A stretch of DNA of 63,800 bases, from NCBI RefSeq assembly GCF_001194135.2, contig NC_068982.1:177284878-177348677 (forward strand). Direction: 5' to 3'. A program made the translations under genes and the position numbers. Positions 1 to 12,725 of this stretch are shown in pieces (the first letter of the stretch is position 1; each line of letters begins with the position of its first letter). The notes under the pieces were generated by a model that ran no database searches, had not been told where the DNA came from, and worked only from the letters and a program-made list of their open reading frames with translations. The stretch is from Octopus bimaculoides. Its lineage: Eukaryota.

Positions 1-48
<48 letters not shown>
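1..48. repeat. (AG)n microsatellite
   Basis: Perfect AG dinucleotide run at the window start. Confidence 0.99.
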
Positions 49-52
<4 letters not shown>

Positions 53-715
53 CGATGGGTAAAGTGTTTAGGTATCAATCCAGGGACTGTGCATAGGATT
101 CAGAAAGAGTTGGAGGAGTCTAATGGTGATTACGAAGGTACGATAGCTCGGAAAACTCACTCTGATCGTTCTGATAAAAGAACTCCTGAATTTGTTCGTG
201 AGATCCAGGCCATGACTGACAATGATCTCTCCAAGTCAATCAGGTCCAGCGACACGGGACTCACTGAGATTCTTATCAGGCAGGTAGTGCATGAAGACAC
301 TCGGTATTCCTCATACAAGGTAAGAAAGGGCCAATTTTTATCTCAAGCATTACGAAGCTTTTGAACAAACTCAAGCATCCCTGCTAACCGATCATGCTTT
401 AATTTTTCTCAGACGGGAAAAATTTCTGCCAGGATCAGCTGGTGAACACAGAACGACCGTTGGCTTGCCATGTCCACAAAACATGTACCGAGAGTGATAA
501 AAATCAAACATCCAGTCAACATTGTGATGTTTGGAGTGATCACTAGTGTCTGGACGAGGTAGTACTACCTTGGGTCAAGTGGATGGCTGCCGGAGGACCT
601 TATGTCTGGCATAATGACTCTGCATCATGCATATCTTTAATATTTCAAGATATTTTTATGTAATTTTGTTAAATATATCTGTTAAAATGAGGTGTCAGTG
701 TTATTTTCATTTTTG
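49..715 (+). mobile_element. Decayed, internally deleted Tc1/mariner-superfamily transposase remnant (maT/DD37D-like)
   Basis: ORF 89-364 is followed across frameshifts by FFSDGKNFCQDQLVNT, NDRWLAMS..HPVNIVMFGVITS and LPWVKWMAAGGPYVWHNDSASC. These resemble the FSDEK and WQQDSAPCH catalytic motifs. The third Asp is missing. Subfamily call is from motif memory. Confidence 0.75.
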
Positions 716-726
716 CNNNNNNNNNN

Positions 727-757
<31 letters not shown>

Positions 758-3129
758 CTATAGATTGTTTCAATTCTAGCTAGTTACACAAATTAATACA
801 TTCCCATGGCAAAATTTAATATTCCATTTTACCATGCATTTGGTCAACAAACCAAAATATCCGTTGGAAAACTGTGAATAGTAAGTGACATGTATATTAA
901 GGATACGCTGTGCAAATCCCGAGATAACATACATCTTCTGTACTATTTTTCCTAAAATAGCACAGATTCAAGAATAACAAACCGGATAACGATGGATTAG
1001 TATCTAGATTAACTGATAATTTTCTGTCATCAATATTTCTTGGATAATTAGTAGTCATAGGTGATCTTTATATGAGTGGGTATCTGACTTTTTGAATACT
1101 GGATATGTACTTAATCAACAACTAACTAAAATCACTAAAGCATTTTTTTCTTATTCCTTGTGTATTGTGCATTAAAAATTCCCGTTTAACTCTAAGAATG
1201 CAATTCCAATGTTTTTAAACAATATTACAAATTGTACTTTAGGAAAGTACTGCCTCATTTTCATCGCAGGTAGATACAACACAAGTGATCAGAATATTTT
1301 AGATATGGTAATTTTTATGGTAATTGAACTTTAATTTAAGCATTGAAAATTAAATATGCTTTGTGATTAACAAATTAATGAATATTTAAGGTTGATTTTT
1401 ATGAGAAGTGATTAGTTTTTCATTTGCATGTGTTAAATTTATAACACCACTGTTTAAATTATTGACTCAAAAACTGAAATACAAAAAAGGAAATAGAATA
1501 ATGTTGTCATTGCTGACGACGGTGAAAAGACAGTGTATGTTATCTGTCATTTGAGCATTAACAAATTTCAAGCCAGTGCCAGTAACATCGTTGTGTACTA
1601 ATCAAGGGAAGAATTGGCTAGAGAGCTATGAAGACGGGGAAGAAAGGATATGAGATCTTATTTAACAATTCAAATTTAAAATCATTTCTCAGTTTCATTG
1701 CGAATTTATAATAAATTAATGTAATGAATAGGGAATAATTCCAAACATGTAATAGATGAAAGCAAGAATGAGACCTGAACGACAGCAATGTCTATTGCAG
1801 TAGCACAACTAACACAGCAGGAATTCTCCTGTTATTGAACTTTTGCCACAAAACGAAGAACAATATCTTGACAATTTAAATTTTCTACATAACCGCTATT
1901 CATGGCAATTTCGCCTAAATTGTCCAGTCTGCTGTTGCCTGCCTGCCATAGAGTCCCACGAGCACATTCTACTCATCGCAGCTCGGGAAAAACTGTATTC
2001 ACAATTACAGGCAGTGCTAGAGCAATTATAAACTGTTTCAAACGTGCAAAGAAGTTATCCCTTTAGGGAAACAAAATCTCAAGAGACTGAATCAACGAGT
2101 TCATAATGTATGATTTCCACTCAAGGAGATGATTTACAGTGTATCACACTGCTTCAGTTCGTCCAAGCTCAGCCGATACGTCCCTGCTATTAATTTGAGG
2201 CCGTCCATGTCTAGAAACTGACCACTTTTGGAAATTAATATGGGTAAGAGTCTTCATTATATTGCAGTTTTCTGCCAAATTCTATCATCTGAAACCTGAG
2301 TCATTCCGATCCAACACAGGTGAAATTGGTGAAGTGATTTACACTAATAGTTGTGAACAAACAAGGAAATAGAATAATTTTGTCGTTATTACTTCAAAAA
2401 ACTTACTGAACACCGTATCCTCCACATTCAAGGAAAGAAAAATTATTTGCGGTCAGGCTTCGGCAGGACGGTGCAGTTCATTTAACGACTCGTCGTCATC
2501 AGATCGGCAGCCCCAACAAGTCAATGATGTTGAATCCACTGTCGGATGTTTTTTTTTTTTTTTCCTTTTGATTTTTCAGAATGCTGAATATTAATGTACA
2601 AACGAAAGTTATAGCTTATTTCAAGAACACGATTGAATTAATTATTATCACTGTCTGAGAACAATACAGCAAATCTGTGTGCAGTAGTAACTAAATCATA
2701 TTTAGGAACAATGTATTTATATTTCGAGCAATCAAATAATCAAATACAATTGTGGATCTAAGTGATGTTGCTTAATTGGCCGAAGTTATATAATTCTCCT
2801 GTAAAAAAAAGTAAAACAACAAAAATGTGTAATTGTCTCTTAACAATTATTTTCTTCGTTTTCTACCACCACTACCATCACCATACCGCTACCACCATCG
2901 CCATGACTGCCATCACCACCACCACCACACTAGTACTACTACTACTACAAACATGGATGCTTTGATCATCATCTTTAAGCAACCCTTATTATTTTGGTGT
3001 TTTTATTTCCATCAACCCACACACACACACACACTAGCCACCCCATTATCGCCTCACTTTTCTTTAACTCCACCCCGCTGGATCTTTCCCCCGCCCATTT
3101 TGGGAACTACTGCTATACTGATTTTATAC

Positions 3130-3680
3130 ACTGAACACAATGCTAAAAATAATATAATAAGGATAAACACGCTAGCCGTACCAGACGGAAAGTACAGTTT
3201 CAACATAAACCGGCAGATTAATGAATTGAGGAGCTTAGATAGAATAACCAGGAAACCTTTAACACTAAACAGAAGAGCACCCCAGAGCAGGTACAAAAAA
3301 AATATATTTATCCCACTCAGGAGTTCGAGGTTGGCACAGTTTGAAAACTACTGTAAAATAACAATAGTTGGACAAGAAAAATATTTAGAAACAAAAACCG
3401 GACGTCTACTACACTTATTAAAGCAACGCGAATAAAGAAAATACCTTTTTCTATACATGTGGAGGGGACAAAATATAAAACAGAAACAAACAACACTGAA
3501 ACACTGATCTCAGATAACAGAAATGGTAAAAGAGACAGAAAAGCACTAACCTATATTCTGGAAGAATTCTCAGGAAGATTCTTGAGATTTGAGAAGTCTC
3601 GTTGCCACCAAAACTCAAGATAGAATACCTGCTAGGTAAATTAGCATGCACTCGCATGATGATGATGATAATGATAATGC
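3130..3680 (+). mobile_element. R4/Dong-clade non-LTR retrotransposon 3' fragment, internally deleted
   Basis: INTLAVPDGKYSFNIN..ELRSLDRITRKPLTLNR..YCKITIVGQEKYLE matches the post-RT region of R4-clade elements. It ends QKSTNLYSGRILRKILEI*, then a short 3' UTR and a GAT/AAT tail. Confidence 0.75.
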
Positions 3681-3690
3681 CAACAATAAT

Positions 3691-3883
3691 TTTTGCCACA
3701 AGGGCAGCTTAGGGGAGGGGATTAAGTAGATTACATCGACCCCAGTACGTAACTGGTATTTATTTCAACGAAAGGATGAAAGGCAAAGTCCACCTCGATG
3801 GAATTTGAACTCGGAACATAGCGGCAAACGAAATAGCGCTAAGCATTTCGTCTAGCCTGCCAATGATTCTGCCAGCTCGCAGC
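3691..3883 (-). mobile_element. tRNA-derived SINE, family A (core CTTTGCCTTTCATCCTTTCGGGGTCGATAAA, Meta-domain-like)
   Basis: Similar to more than 10 other copies in the window. B-box-like GTTCAAATTCC on the minus strand. Confidence 0.85.
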
Positions 3884-3894
3884 TTTAATAATAA

Positions 3895-4452
3895 TGCCAT
3901 GCAGTACCAGGTACTGGCTGTCATGGTTTCTGATCTTAAATGATTGGAAGTGACACTATGTACATTGTTTTGATTGGTATAAAAGATGGGCTACAGCAAA
4001 TATTCTGCTTAAAACCACAGATTTGCTTATCAGTTGATTCACTATAACCAGTTGAGCATATATTTTGGTAGCTGACGATATGTGCATTTCTGATCAGGAG
4101 CAGAAGTAGTGGGTGACCATCATAGCCATGTGTTGAGAGGAATTCTTAGGAGTTTGAATAATTCACCTGTGGAAGCATGGGTGTTTCGTTCAACGTCCTT
4201 AAGCAGAACCCTTATTTAGGAGCATTTGAGCAAGATGGGCTACTCGACCAGAAGAAAATTCTAACAGAGCCCCAGTTGCAAGGTTAGGCACTATTTATCT
4301 TGATATGAAATCACCATGTCGTGCACGTATGGTAGTGATGCACGTGCCTGGTTTACCCTGATCAGATGGGTAGTTATATTGGGTATACTGGGCTTCGTAT
4401 ATTTTATCCCCAGTGTCACTTTGATGGCATGCACTGCTCTCTCACTCAATAA
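3895..4452 (+). mobile_element. Unclassified interspersed repeat flanked by TAA repeats, probably the 3' UTR of a 5'-truncated non-LTR element
   Basis: Begins after TAATAATAAT and ends CTCACTC-AATAATAA. No ORF. I recall it as a common octopus repeat, unverified. Confidence 0.45.
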
Positions 4453-4458
4453 TAAAAA

Positions 4459-4673
4459 TGGTTTTCAAATTTTGAAAAAAAGGGCAGTAATACTGGGGAA
4501 GGGGATAAATCGATTACATCGACCCTAGTATTCAACTCACACTTATTTTATCGAGTACGAAAACATGAAAAGCAAAGTCGACCTCGGCAGTATTTGAACA
4601 CAGAACGGAGCAGCGGGCGAAATACCGCTAAACATTTCGTCCAGTGTACTAATGATTCTGTCAGATCATCACC
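4459..4673 (-). mobile_element. tRNA-derived SINE, family A
   Basis: Core GAAAAGCAAAGTCGACCTCGGCAGTATTTGAAC, with TAA repeats at both ends. Confidence 0.85.

Positions 4674-4716
<43 letters not shown>
4674..4716. repeat. (TAA)n microsatellite
   Basis: Perfect TAA run ending at a gap. Confidence 0.97.
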
Positions 4717-5422
4717 NNNNNNNNNNNNNNNNNNNNNNNNNNNNNNNNNNNNNNNNNNNNNNNNNNNNNNNNNNNNNNNNNNNNNNNNNNNNNNNNNNNN
4801 NNNNNNNNNNNNNNNNNNNNNNNNNNNNNNNNNNNNNNNNNNNNNNNNNNNNNNNNNNNNNNNNNNNNNNNNNNNNNNNNNNNNNNNNNNNNNNNNNNNN
4901 NNNNNNNNNNNNNNNNNNNNNNNNNNNNNNNNNNNNNNNNNNNNNNNNNNNNNNNNNNNNNNNNNNNNNNNNNNNNNNNNNNNNNNNNNNNNNNNNNNNN
5001 NNNNNNNNNNNNNNNNNNNNNNNNNNNNNNNNNNNNNNNNNNNNNNNNNNNNNNNNNNNNNNNNNNNNNNNNNNNNNNNNNNNNNNNNNNNNNNNNNNNN
5101 NNNNNNNNNNNNNNNNNNNNNNNNNNNNNNNNNNNNNNNNNNNNNNNNNNNNNNNNNNNNNNNNNNNNNNNNNNNNNNNNNNNNNNNNNNNNNAACTGCC
5201 CATATCCTACGTAAAATACTGTCTATGTGATCTCAAATTTTAAAGCAAACACATAATTTTCTTATGGTTTCTTAAACATTCACTTGAACAAAACTGTACA
5301 AATCCAAATATATGGTACCCTAGGCATAACACCTACATGAACTTCTAACTTGTTGTCTCTTGAGGTCTCTGGGTGAGACTTGGATCCAACTTGTACAAAT
5401 GCAAAACAAAAGTCAAACATAA
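4717..5422 (+). mobile_element. Young R4/Dong-clade retrotransposon 3' end (mostly in N-gap) with a (TAA)n tail
   Basis: TAHILRKILSM* plus about 190 bp of 3' UTR, near-identical to the copy at 51677-51905 on the minus strand. The (TAA)n tail follows. Confidence 0.9.
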
Positions 5423-6199
5423 AATAACAATAATAATAATAATAATAATAATTGTCTTAACTGGTACGTCACACGTATTGAGAAGAGCATTGTCTTTGTG
5501 AATTTTCTTTTCTTTTTGCCCTTTATTTTCTTTTACTTTTATTTTTTCTGTCTTTCTTCTGCATTTCTCTGTCAGATAACTTCGTAAATGAAGAATCTGG
5601 TGTGTTTATTTTAATGGCCTACAAATGTGTACAGTGTGTTTCCCTGCCCTAGGTGTCAGAAAGATACTAGGCAAGAAAAGGGAACAGAATTGAAAAAAGA
5701 TAATGAAAATAATAATAAAAATAAATAAGGGAACCCATGACAAAACGAGCCAAAAGAGAAAGAACGGCGAATGGATAATCATATACTATAAAATGGTTGA
5801 TTTATGAGTTATACGCACACACTACTATGCAACATCCCTCCAAAAACATACAAGAATAAACTCATACTGTAAATACCCAACAAGATGAACAAAACCCACA
5901 ACATGTACCATAGAAGGCCGATAACCGATGGAAGAACACAACCTGCGCAGCACAAACACCACACAATATAAAAATTAATACAACAGAAAACTCAGACCAA
6001 ACCATGTAACAAAATATACTGATACAATACAATTACCACGCACCAAAAGAAATGCAGCTCACAGTAGGCCTACAGCAGAAAGGGGTAACAACTGATGCAA
6101 TAGAAGATTGCTTGAAACTTTCAGATGTCGAAAAATAATAGTAGTGATTACGAGGGTGAGGAACGTTACATTGCAACAGTTTATGAGAGACAAAATTTT

Positions 6200-7235
6200 C
6201 CGAAGAAACTCTTCTGTAACAGCGAAGAAGAAGCTGCACCGTTAAGGGAAGGCCTCTCGCTCGGAAGTGGATCAGTAAAGATGCAGACACCATAGCAGTT
6301 ATCCTAATACAGCATCAGCAGATCATAAAGCAAGGAGAAGGAAGTGGACCTGCGAAGAAAACAAGATAGTGATGCAATGCTACTTAGAAAGTGGACCTAA
6401 AAGAAGGGGCTATAGAAAACGGATGTTGACACTTTGAGTAGAGAGGTGACTGAAGAGATCAAGCTAATACTATTAGAAAAACGTGGATGACACAACTGGA
6501 AGTAGAAGAGCTCACAAGAGGACTGGAAAAGAAAGAGGAGGCAGTGGGAAAGACAAACAGCAACATAAGGGATACAGTTTAAACCAATGAAGAACCTAAA
6601 GGAAAAATAGTAAAAGCGCTACCTATAAGGAACGGACAATTGGCACCAACGACTTAAGTGATTTAAGTGAGAAAGATCAGGAGATTTTAGATGCGCTGCA
6701 TCGACTTTGGCCACGAACTAGAGGGTCAACCTTAGGAATGCGCAAGTGTTTCCACTGAGCCGCATCTGCAATGGAGTGGATGAAAACATTGCTCATACCA
6801 CGAACGAATGCCCTAGACTTGCCCCAAACGACTATAACCTGTGGCGAGACCATCAGGTGGCGACAGTGCTATACTGGAAACTGTGCGAAAAGTGAGGGCT
6901 AGAGATAGGCAAGACGTGGTACGTGCACAAACTGCAGTGAGTGGCGGAGTCGGAGACTAGCAAAATCCTCTAGGATTTCCCAATCCAAACAGATCAAGTG
7001 CTAGAGCATAACAGACCGGACCTAGTCGTGGTGGACAAAGGGCACCATATATGCTATTTAGTTGACGATGCATGTACCTTTGACCCACGAATAGTCAAGA
7101 AGGAAGGCGAAAAGACAGATAAATACAACATTCTTCAGTACGAAATAGCCTGGCTATAGAAAATCAAGGTGTAGATAGTACCAATTATTGTTGGGTCTCC
7201 AACAAAACTTGTGATAAAGAGAAATAGTAATAATG
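6200..7235 (+). mobile_element. Internally deleted R4/Dong-clade element: N-terminal Myb-like domain joined to CCHC and RLE domains, RT absent
   Basis: RRRKWTCEENKIVMQCYLESGPKRRGYRKRM at about 6330; SRIC..ENIAH..EC..LA..DY at about 6760; HNRPDLVVVDK..LVDDACTFDPR..KEGEKTDKY at about 7010-7130. Several stop codons. The 3' terminus matches the copy at 7516-7925. Confidence 0.85.
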
Positions 7236-7236
7236 A

Positions 7237-7382
7237 TGGTTTCAAGGGGATGTGACCCTAGTGTTCAAGTGGTACTTAATTTTTCGACCCCGAAAGGATT
7301 AAAAGCAAAGTGGACCTCGACGGAATTTGATATCAGAACGGCATTTCGCCCGGCGTGGTAATGATTTTGCCAGCTCGCCGAC
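7237..7382 (-). mobile_element. tRNA-derived SINE, family A (partial)
   Basis: Core TCGACCCCGAAAGGATTAAAAGCAAAGTGGACCTCG and head ending GCCAGCTCGCCG. Confidence 0.85.
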
Positions 7383-7389
7383 CGAATAT

Positions 7390-7403
7390 TAATGATAATG
7401 ATA

Positions 7404-7454
<51 letters not shown>

Positions 7455-7458
7455 GTAA

Positions 7459-7514
<56 letters not shown>

Positions 7515-7515
7515 C
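7390..7515. repeat. Compound (TAA)n/(TAG)n microsatellite
   Basis: Direct reading of the sequence. Confidence 0.97.
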
Positions 7516-7925
7516 TAGAGCATAACAGACCGGACCTAATGGTGGTGGAAGGTGCATTATATATACTATATAATTGATGTTGCACGCCCCTTTAAACCCA
7601 CGAGTAGTCAAGAAGGAAGGCGAAAAGATTGATAGATACAGGCCTCTCAAGTACGAAATAGCCCGCCTATGGAAGATGAAGAAGGTGAAGATAGTGCCAA
7701 TTATTGTTGGGTTCTTGGGAAAAGTATCAGAAGGCATTAAAAGGAATATAAAGGAAATTGTAGAGAGTTACAAAAGGTTTGCCTCCTTGGCACGGCCAGA
7801 ATGATCAGGAAATACTAGATAGCTGAAAATAACGAATAGCATGGTACCGTATGCTGCAGGTAGTAAGCCCGCTACGCATGCAAGGCTGCAGGAGCTCAAA
7901 CAAAACCTGTGATAAAAAGAAAATA
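7516..7925 (+). mobile_element. 5'-truncated R4/Dong RLE-domain fragment with 3' UTR
   Basis: LEHNRPDLMVV..PRVVKKEGEKIDRY..LKYEIARLWKMKKVKIVPIIVG, then in another frame ELQKVCLLGTARMIRK. Same family as 6200-7235. TAA tail. Confidence 0.9.
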
Positions 7926-8007
7926 ATAATAATAAAAATAATAATAATAGTCCTGCTGCTAGCACTACTACTACTACTACTACTAATACTAATACTACTA
8001 CTACTAA

Positions 8008-8063
<56 letters not shown>

Positions 8064-8066
8064 TTA
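7922..8066. repeat. (TAA)n/(CTA)n microsatellite
   Basis: Direct reading of the sequence. Confidence 0.95.
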
Positions 8067-8277
8067 TTGCTACCATACATGCTGATTTATATTTCTTATT
8101 CATACAATGATCTATGGAATTTTGTCTGTATATTTATTGTATCACTGAATGACGTCAGAAACATTGCTATTATACAAATAGATCTAATAATCTAGTCCCC
8201 TTTCACACAGCTCCTGTGTTTTGTTTAGTCTTCTTATATGTTTTATTTTGTGTTCCTATTTTGTATTTGTTTCTTTT

Positions 8278-8278
8278 T

Positions 8279-8339
<61 letters not shown>

Positions 8340-8356
8340 CATTATTATTATTACTA
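8278..8356. repeat. (TTA)n microsatellite
   Basis: Direct reading of the sequence. Confidence 0.97.
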
Positions 8357-9099
8357 ATTGTTTTGTTGCTTTTTCATCGTCAAGCCTTTGAGCACTCATT
8401 CCTTCTGGCGTGTAATTAATCGCTTTTGATGTAAAACAATTTTATTTTGCTACTTTGAAATGAAATAAATTACAGTGATTTTTTTTCTTTTATTTTATTT
8501 ATATTTACTATATAATTTTATAATTCTTTATCTTCCTGGTTTTCTTCCAAACATTACGGTTCGCTTCACTTTTATTTCATTATATTTAATGCAAATTTAC
8601 ACGAGACAGTTTAATTGTTCATGTCAATTACTTGGTTCTCGAAATTAAATCCAATATTAATCTTTTATTTTGCCCTTTAAATTTCTCTTCCGTATATGCT
8701 GCTCGTTTGCTTCCATTTGTTACAGCTATTCATAAAGATGCATTTACGCTCTATATGTTAAATATGCAAACCTTTCTGTTCTACATTGTTCTCTCCGTTT
8801 GCCAGTAAACGCAACATATTTGTTGTCTTGGTGTTAATGAAAATATCTTCTTTGAATTTTTTAGATCCTATACACGGTTTTTAATTGGTTTTCATCTCAT
8901 GGCTATTCTTTACGTTTCCGTAACATATAAAACCCAAAGTTGAAATATTCCGCAGGAACTTTAGATGTATGTATCTGTGTTAAATCCAAAGAAACACAAC
9001 ACTGTCTATGTGAGGGTAATCTTAAATATCAATCATAGAGCAGCGATTAAATAAAAAAGAATTTACATATACATATATTTAAATTTTTTTAAATATATA

Positions 9100-9203
9100 A
9101 AATTTAATTTATATATATATATGTGTGTGTAAATGTATAGGTATGTATATCTATGTATACATATGTATGTATTTATACAAATATATGCATACATATATAG
9201 GTA

Positions 9204-9254
<51 letters not shown>

Positions 9255-9390
9255 GTACATATGCATGTATGTATACACACACATGTATACATATGTATAC
9301 GTATGTATGTATATGTATGTATACATATAAATGAATGTATGTATACATATATATGTATGCATGTATGTATGTATGTATGTATGTATATAG
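9100..9390. repeat. Compound (TA)n/(TATG)n low-complexity tract
   Basis: Direct reading of the sequence; it produces the spurious YI-rich ORFs. Confidence 0.95.
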
Positions 9391-9756
9391 AATATGGAGA
9401 CATTTTCATCGTCCAAATTGAGAAATAAAAGAAAATTTTGAGGAAGAAAAAATCTCCAGATTCTATATAATTGGAATTTTCCCTAATATACACTCGTATC
9501 AATATTACCATCGAGAGAAGCGAACATGGAATTACCTATCGTAAGAATTTACAATATTAGTGACAAGTTGTAGTAGTCATAGACGTTAAATTATAAGCGG
9601 TGTGGTAAGCCGTAAACTGGAACATGACTGAGTGTCACTACGCTATCTACCCTGATAATATATCCCTCTAAACACACACACACAAACATATACATGAATG
9701 TCTGTTTGTCTGCTTATTTGTACGTATGCGTGTATATATATATATATATATATATA

Positions 9757-9906
9757 CCAGGAGAATTTTTTAAGTGAGCTTCTTCTAGCATATTGACAGA
9801 CCGGTCACTGGTCAATCTTATATACACAAGTACTATAATCTTTTTATGATCTCCCAAAAAATTTTTTCATGAACCTTCTGATTTTTTTAATGTGCTAGTT
9901 TCCTGG
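9757..9906. mobile_element. Putative MITE
   Basis: TA|CCAGGAGAA...TTTCCTGG|TA short inverted ends with TA flanks, and an internal near-palindrome TTGACAGACCGGTCACTGGTCAA. Confidence 0.35.
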
Positions 9907-10789
9907 TATTAAATTGATATTAATTAATATCGAATTTTTACCATATTATGNNNNNNNNNNNNNNNNNNNNNNNNNNNNNNNNNNNNNNNNNNNNNNNNNN
10001 NNNNNNNNNNNNNNNNNNNNNNNNNNNNNNNNNNNNNNNNNNNNNNNNNNNNNNNNNNNNNNNNNNNNNNNNNNNNNNNNNNNNNNNNNNNNNNNNNNNN
10101 NNNNNNNNNNNNNNNNNNNNNNNNNNNNNNNNNNNNNNNNNNNNNNNNNNNNNNNNNNNNNNNNNNNNNNNNNNNNNNNNNNNNNNNNNNNNNNNNNNAT
10201 ATATATATATATAGGTACACGTGCGAGTGTGTACGTGTATGCACGCATGTGTATTACACACCATGTAACAGCCATTAGCTTTCAGCATCAAAGAATATGT
10301 AAGTTTACTTCATTAAACACTGTAAGATGTATAACCGTTGTGTGGGCATTTTATGTATTATTTTCTCCGTTACAAGTCCTACTTCTGCAGCTATACATAA
10401 ATGCCATTATACAGTTAATTGTTACAAATGATTAAACATGGTTTATTACTCTCAGTAGCTTATTTGTTACTTAATTACTATAACAGCTGAAATTAGATAT
10501 TATTTCAAAATATGAATTAACAATTTCGTTTTGCATCTCATTTTTCTTTGAAATCTCTATAATACACATAATTAAAATTTGACATTTTGTATGATACTGC
10601 ATTTATTTGCAAGAACACATTTTTCCCTAAATAATGATTAATCAGGGAATCATCGTCCATGAATTTTTCACGCGGATGATGAATGGAAACCTCTTGGCTA
10701 ATGTGTGCAGCATAAACATCCGCGGCCGAAGAGGGTGAAAAAATTAATATTCAGCGAAAAAATGACTAGCTAAAAGTACATCCTGAATA

Positions 10790-11004
10790 TTCTCTTCTAG
10801 TTTAGAGCACAAGGCACGAAATTTTGGGGAATGGGGCAGTAGATTAGATTGACCCCGATACGCAACAGGTACTTCATTTATTGACACCGAAGGGATGAAA
10901 TTCAATATTGACCTCGGCAGAATTTGAACTCAGAACGTAACGACACACGAAATATCGCTAAGCACTTCGCCCGGCGTGCTAACGTTTCTGCCAGCTCACC
11001 GCCT
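10790..11004 (-). mobile_element. tRNA-derived SINE, family A (near full length)
   Basis: Head, core and 3' end (GCACAAGGCACGAAATTTTGGGG) all present. Confidence 0.9.
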
Positions 11005-11175
11005 CGTACGTTTTGAATAATGTATATAGATATATGACAATAAACAATCTATTTTCGGTATTTTTTATGTATTCCGACCATTTTCCCATTTAACCTTATT
11101 TCTATTTTAAATGAGTCATACGATGAAACTTATTGGCCTTGAGAATTATAGGTGAGCTTCAGTAAATAAGCTATC

Positions 11176-11305
11176 TTATCTTTTATATATTTTGCTTGTC
11201 TCAGTCATTGGACAGCGGACTTGCTGGAGCACAGGCAAGTTATGAGGACGTTAAGAAACGAATACCAGTCAAGCGGTGGGTTGGGAGACATAAACACAAA
11301 GACGC
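11176..11305 (-). mobile_element. SINE family B, 3' fragment
   Basis: CAGTCATTGGACAGCGGACTTGCTGGAGCAC resembles the reverse complement of the family B 3' end. Confidence 0.6.
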
Positions 11306-12176
11306 ATACACAGATAATCACATACAAACATATGCACACACACATATATACATACATATGTGGATACATATATGTGTGTACTAGTACCTGTCAATGGGAC
11401 TGTCTGTGGATTAAATAACTGGAAATAGTCCTGTGCAAGCTGACGAGAAATCTCCGAGGAAAGCTGGTCCCTGGATATGTGACACAAAAGACAACCTGAT
11501 GTCGCGTGTCACACATCTATATTCTAGAGGTGAAATAGGTTCTCCACTTCAAAGATAAACTCGGGATAACAGGTGACCTAGCAACGTAAGCGCTAAATAA
11601 ACCGAAAGAAGACAATGGGTAAGCAATGTTGTATCTTTCATCAGATGTCATGAATTGGCAGATTTGGTGTGGGACGTCTTTGATAGTTGCCGCCTATAGG
11701 CATGCCATAAGGAGAGAGAAAGAGAGAGAGAGAGAGATTAAGGGAGAGAGGATACTGAATAGCATGATACTAAATCTTCAGAGAAATAAATGCTTGACAC
11801 TACCCCGTGGCTAACATTTCATTATTTGATTAGCATTTGACTGCAACGTGTCAATGGTTCCCCAAAACTCCAATGTATAATATTCCATATATCTTTCCCT
11901 TATTTGATTCAGGTAGTAGCGTCTTACCTCAAGAAATATATGGCATTTGTATCGACGCATTAACTGAAGAACCATCAAGTAATACACTTGCCATTAACTT
12001 AAAATCACCAGTTTTTAGATACCTAGTGCGTCGCTCTTGTGATCTCAGAATCAAATTTGGTATATATCTTCGCAACCAAAATTTTCTTTGCATTTATAAT
12101 TTACGTGTGTATATACTTCTATACATACATATATGTATTAGTATTTGTATATATATACACACACACATACATACGT

Positions 12177-12184
12177 GTGTGTGT

Positions 12185-12249
<65 letters not shown>

Positions 12250-12256
12250 TGTGTGT
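12177..12256. repeat. (TG)n microsatellite
   Basis: Direct reading of the sequence. Confidence 0.97.
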
Positions 12257-12694
12257 GGGCATATATATATAAATATATATTTACAGACATATTAAAGTCG
12301 AGCTATAATTAACAACCTTACGAAATTACTGCAGAGTGGTAAAGGATCTCAAGAAATATGTCTGCAAATTGAACTTCTTAAACGTGGGATTGTGCCTACA
12401 CACAACAACATACAAAATGCTATTCATGCAAAAATGCAAATCCCCAAAACATTCAATCTATTGAAAGAGACATGTATGGCCAATTCTTTAAAGATTTCTC
12501 GAGAAGCCACATAGATTCATAATTTCTTCATCCCTATATTTCAACCAATAAACCGCCATTAGATATTAGGTTTTATGCTAAAGAGGTTCATTGCCACAAC
12601 GGATGTTTTGATTACCTAAATTTTGTAACAATTTAGGAAACAGATTAAACCGCTCCTTTTATTTGTAAGAAGTAAAAAAGAAATAAAGTGGATG

Positions 12695-12725
<31 letters not shown>

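Noticed and set aside
1505-1535. CUGACGA-CGGU-GAAA hammerhead-like core
   Set aside because: No stem II and no valid stem I/III or NUH.
11425-11475. CUGACGA...GAAA spacing
   Set aside because: Stem II closure and stem III/NUH do not fit.
11837-12295. 152-aa ORF and a nearby minus-strand GAG|GTAAGA donor-like site
   Set aside because: No recognisable homology, the ORF runs into a (TG)n tract, and no consistent acceptor or frame.
12296-12515. About 70-codon stop-free plus-strand frame
   Set aside because: No early ATG, no recognisable motif and no splice signals.
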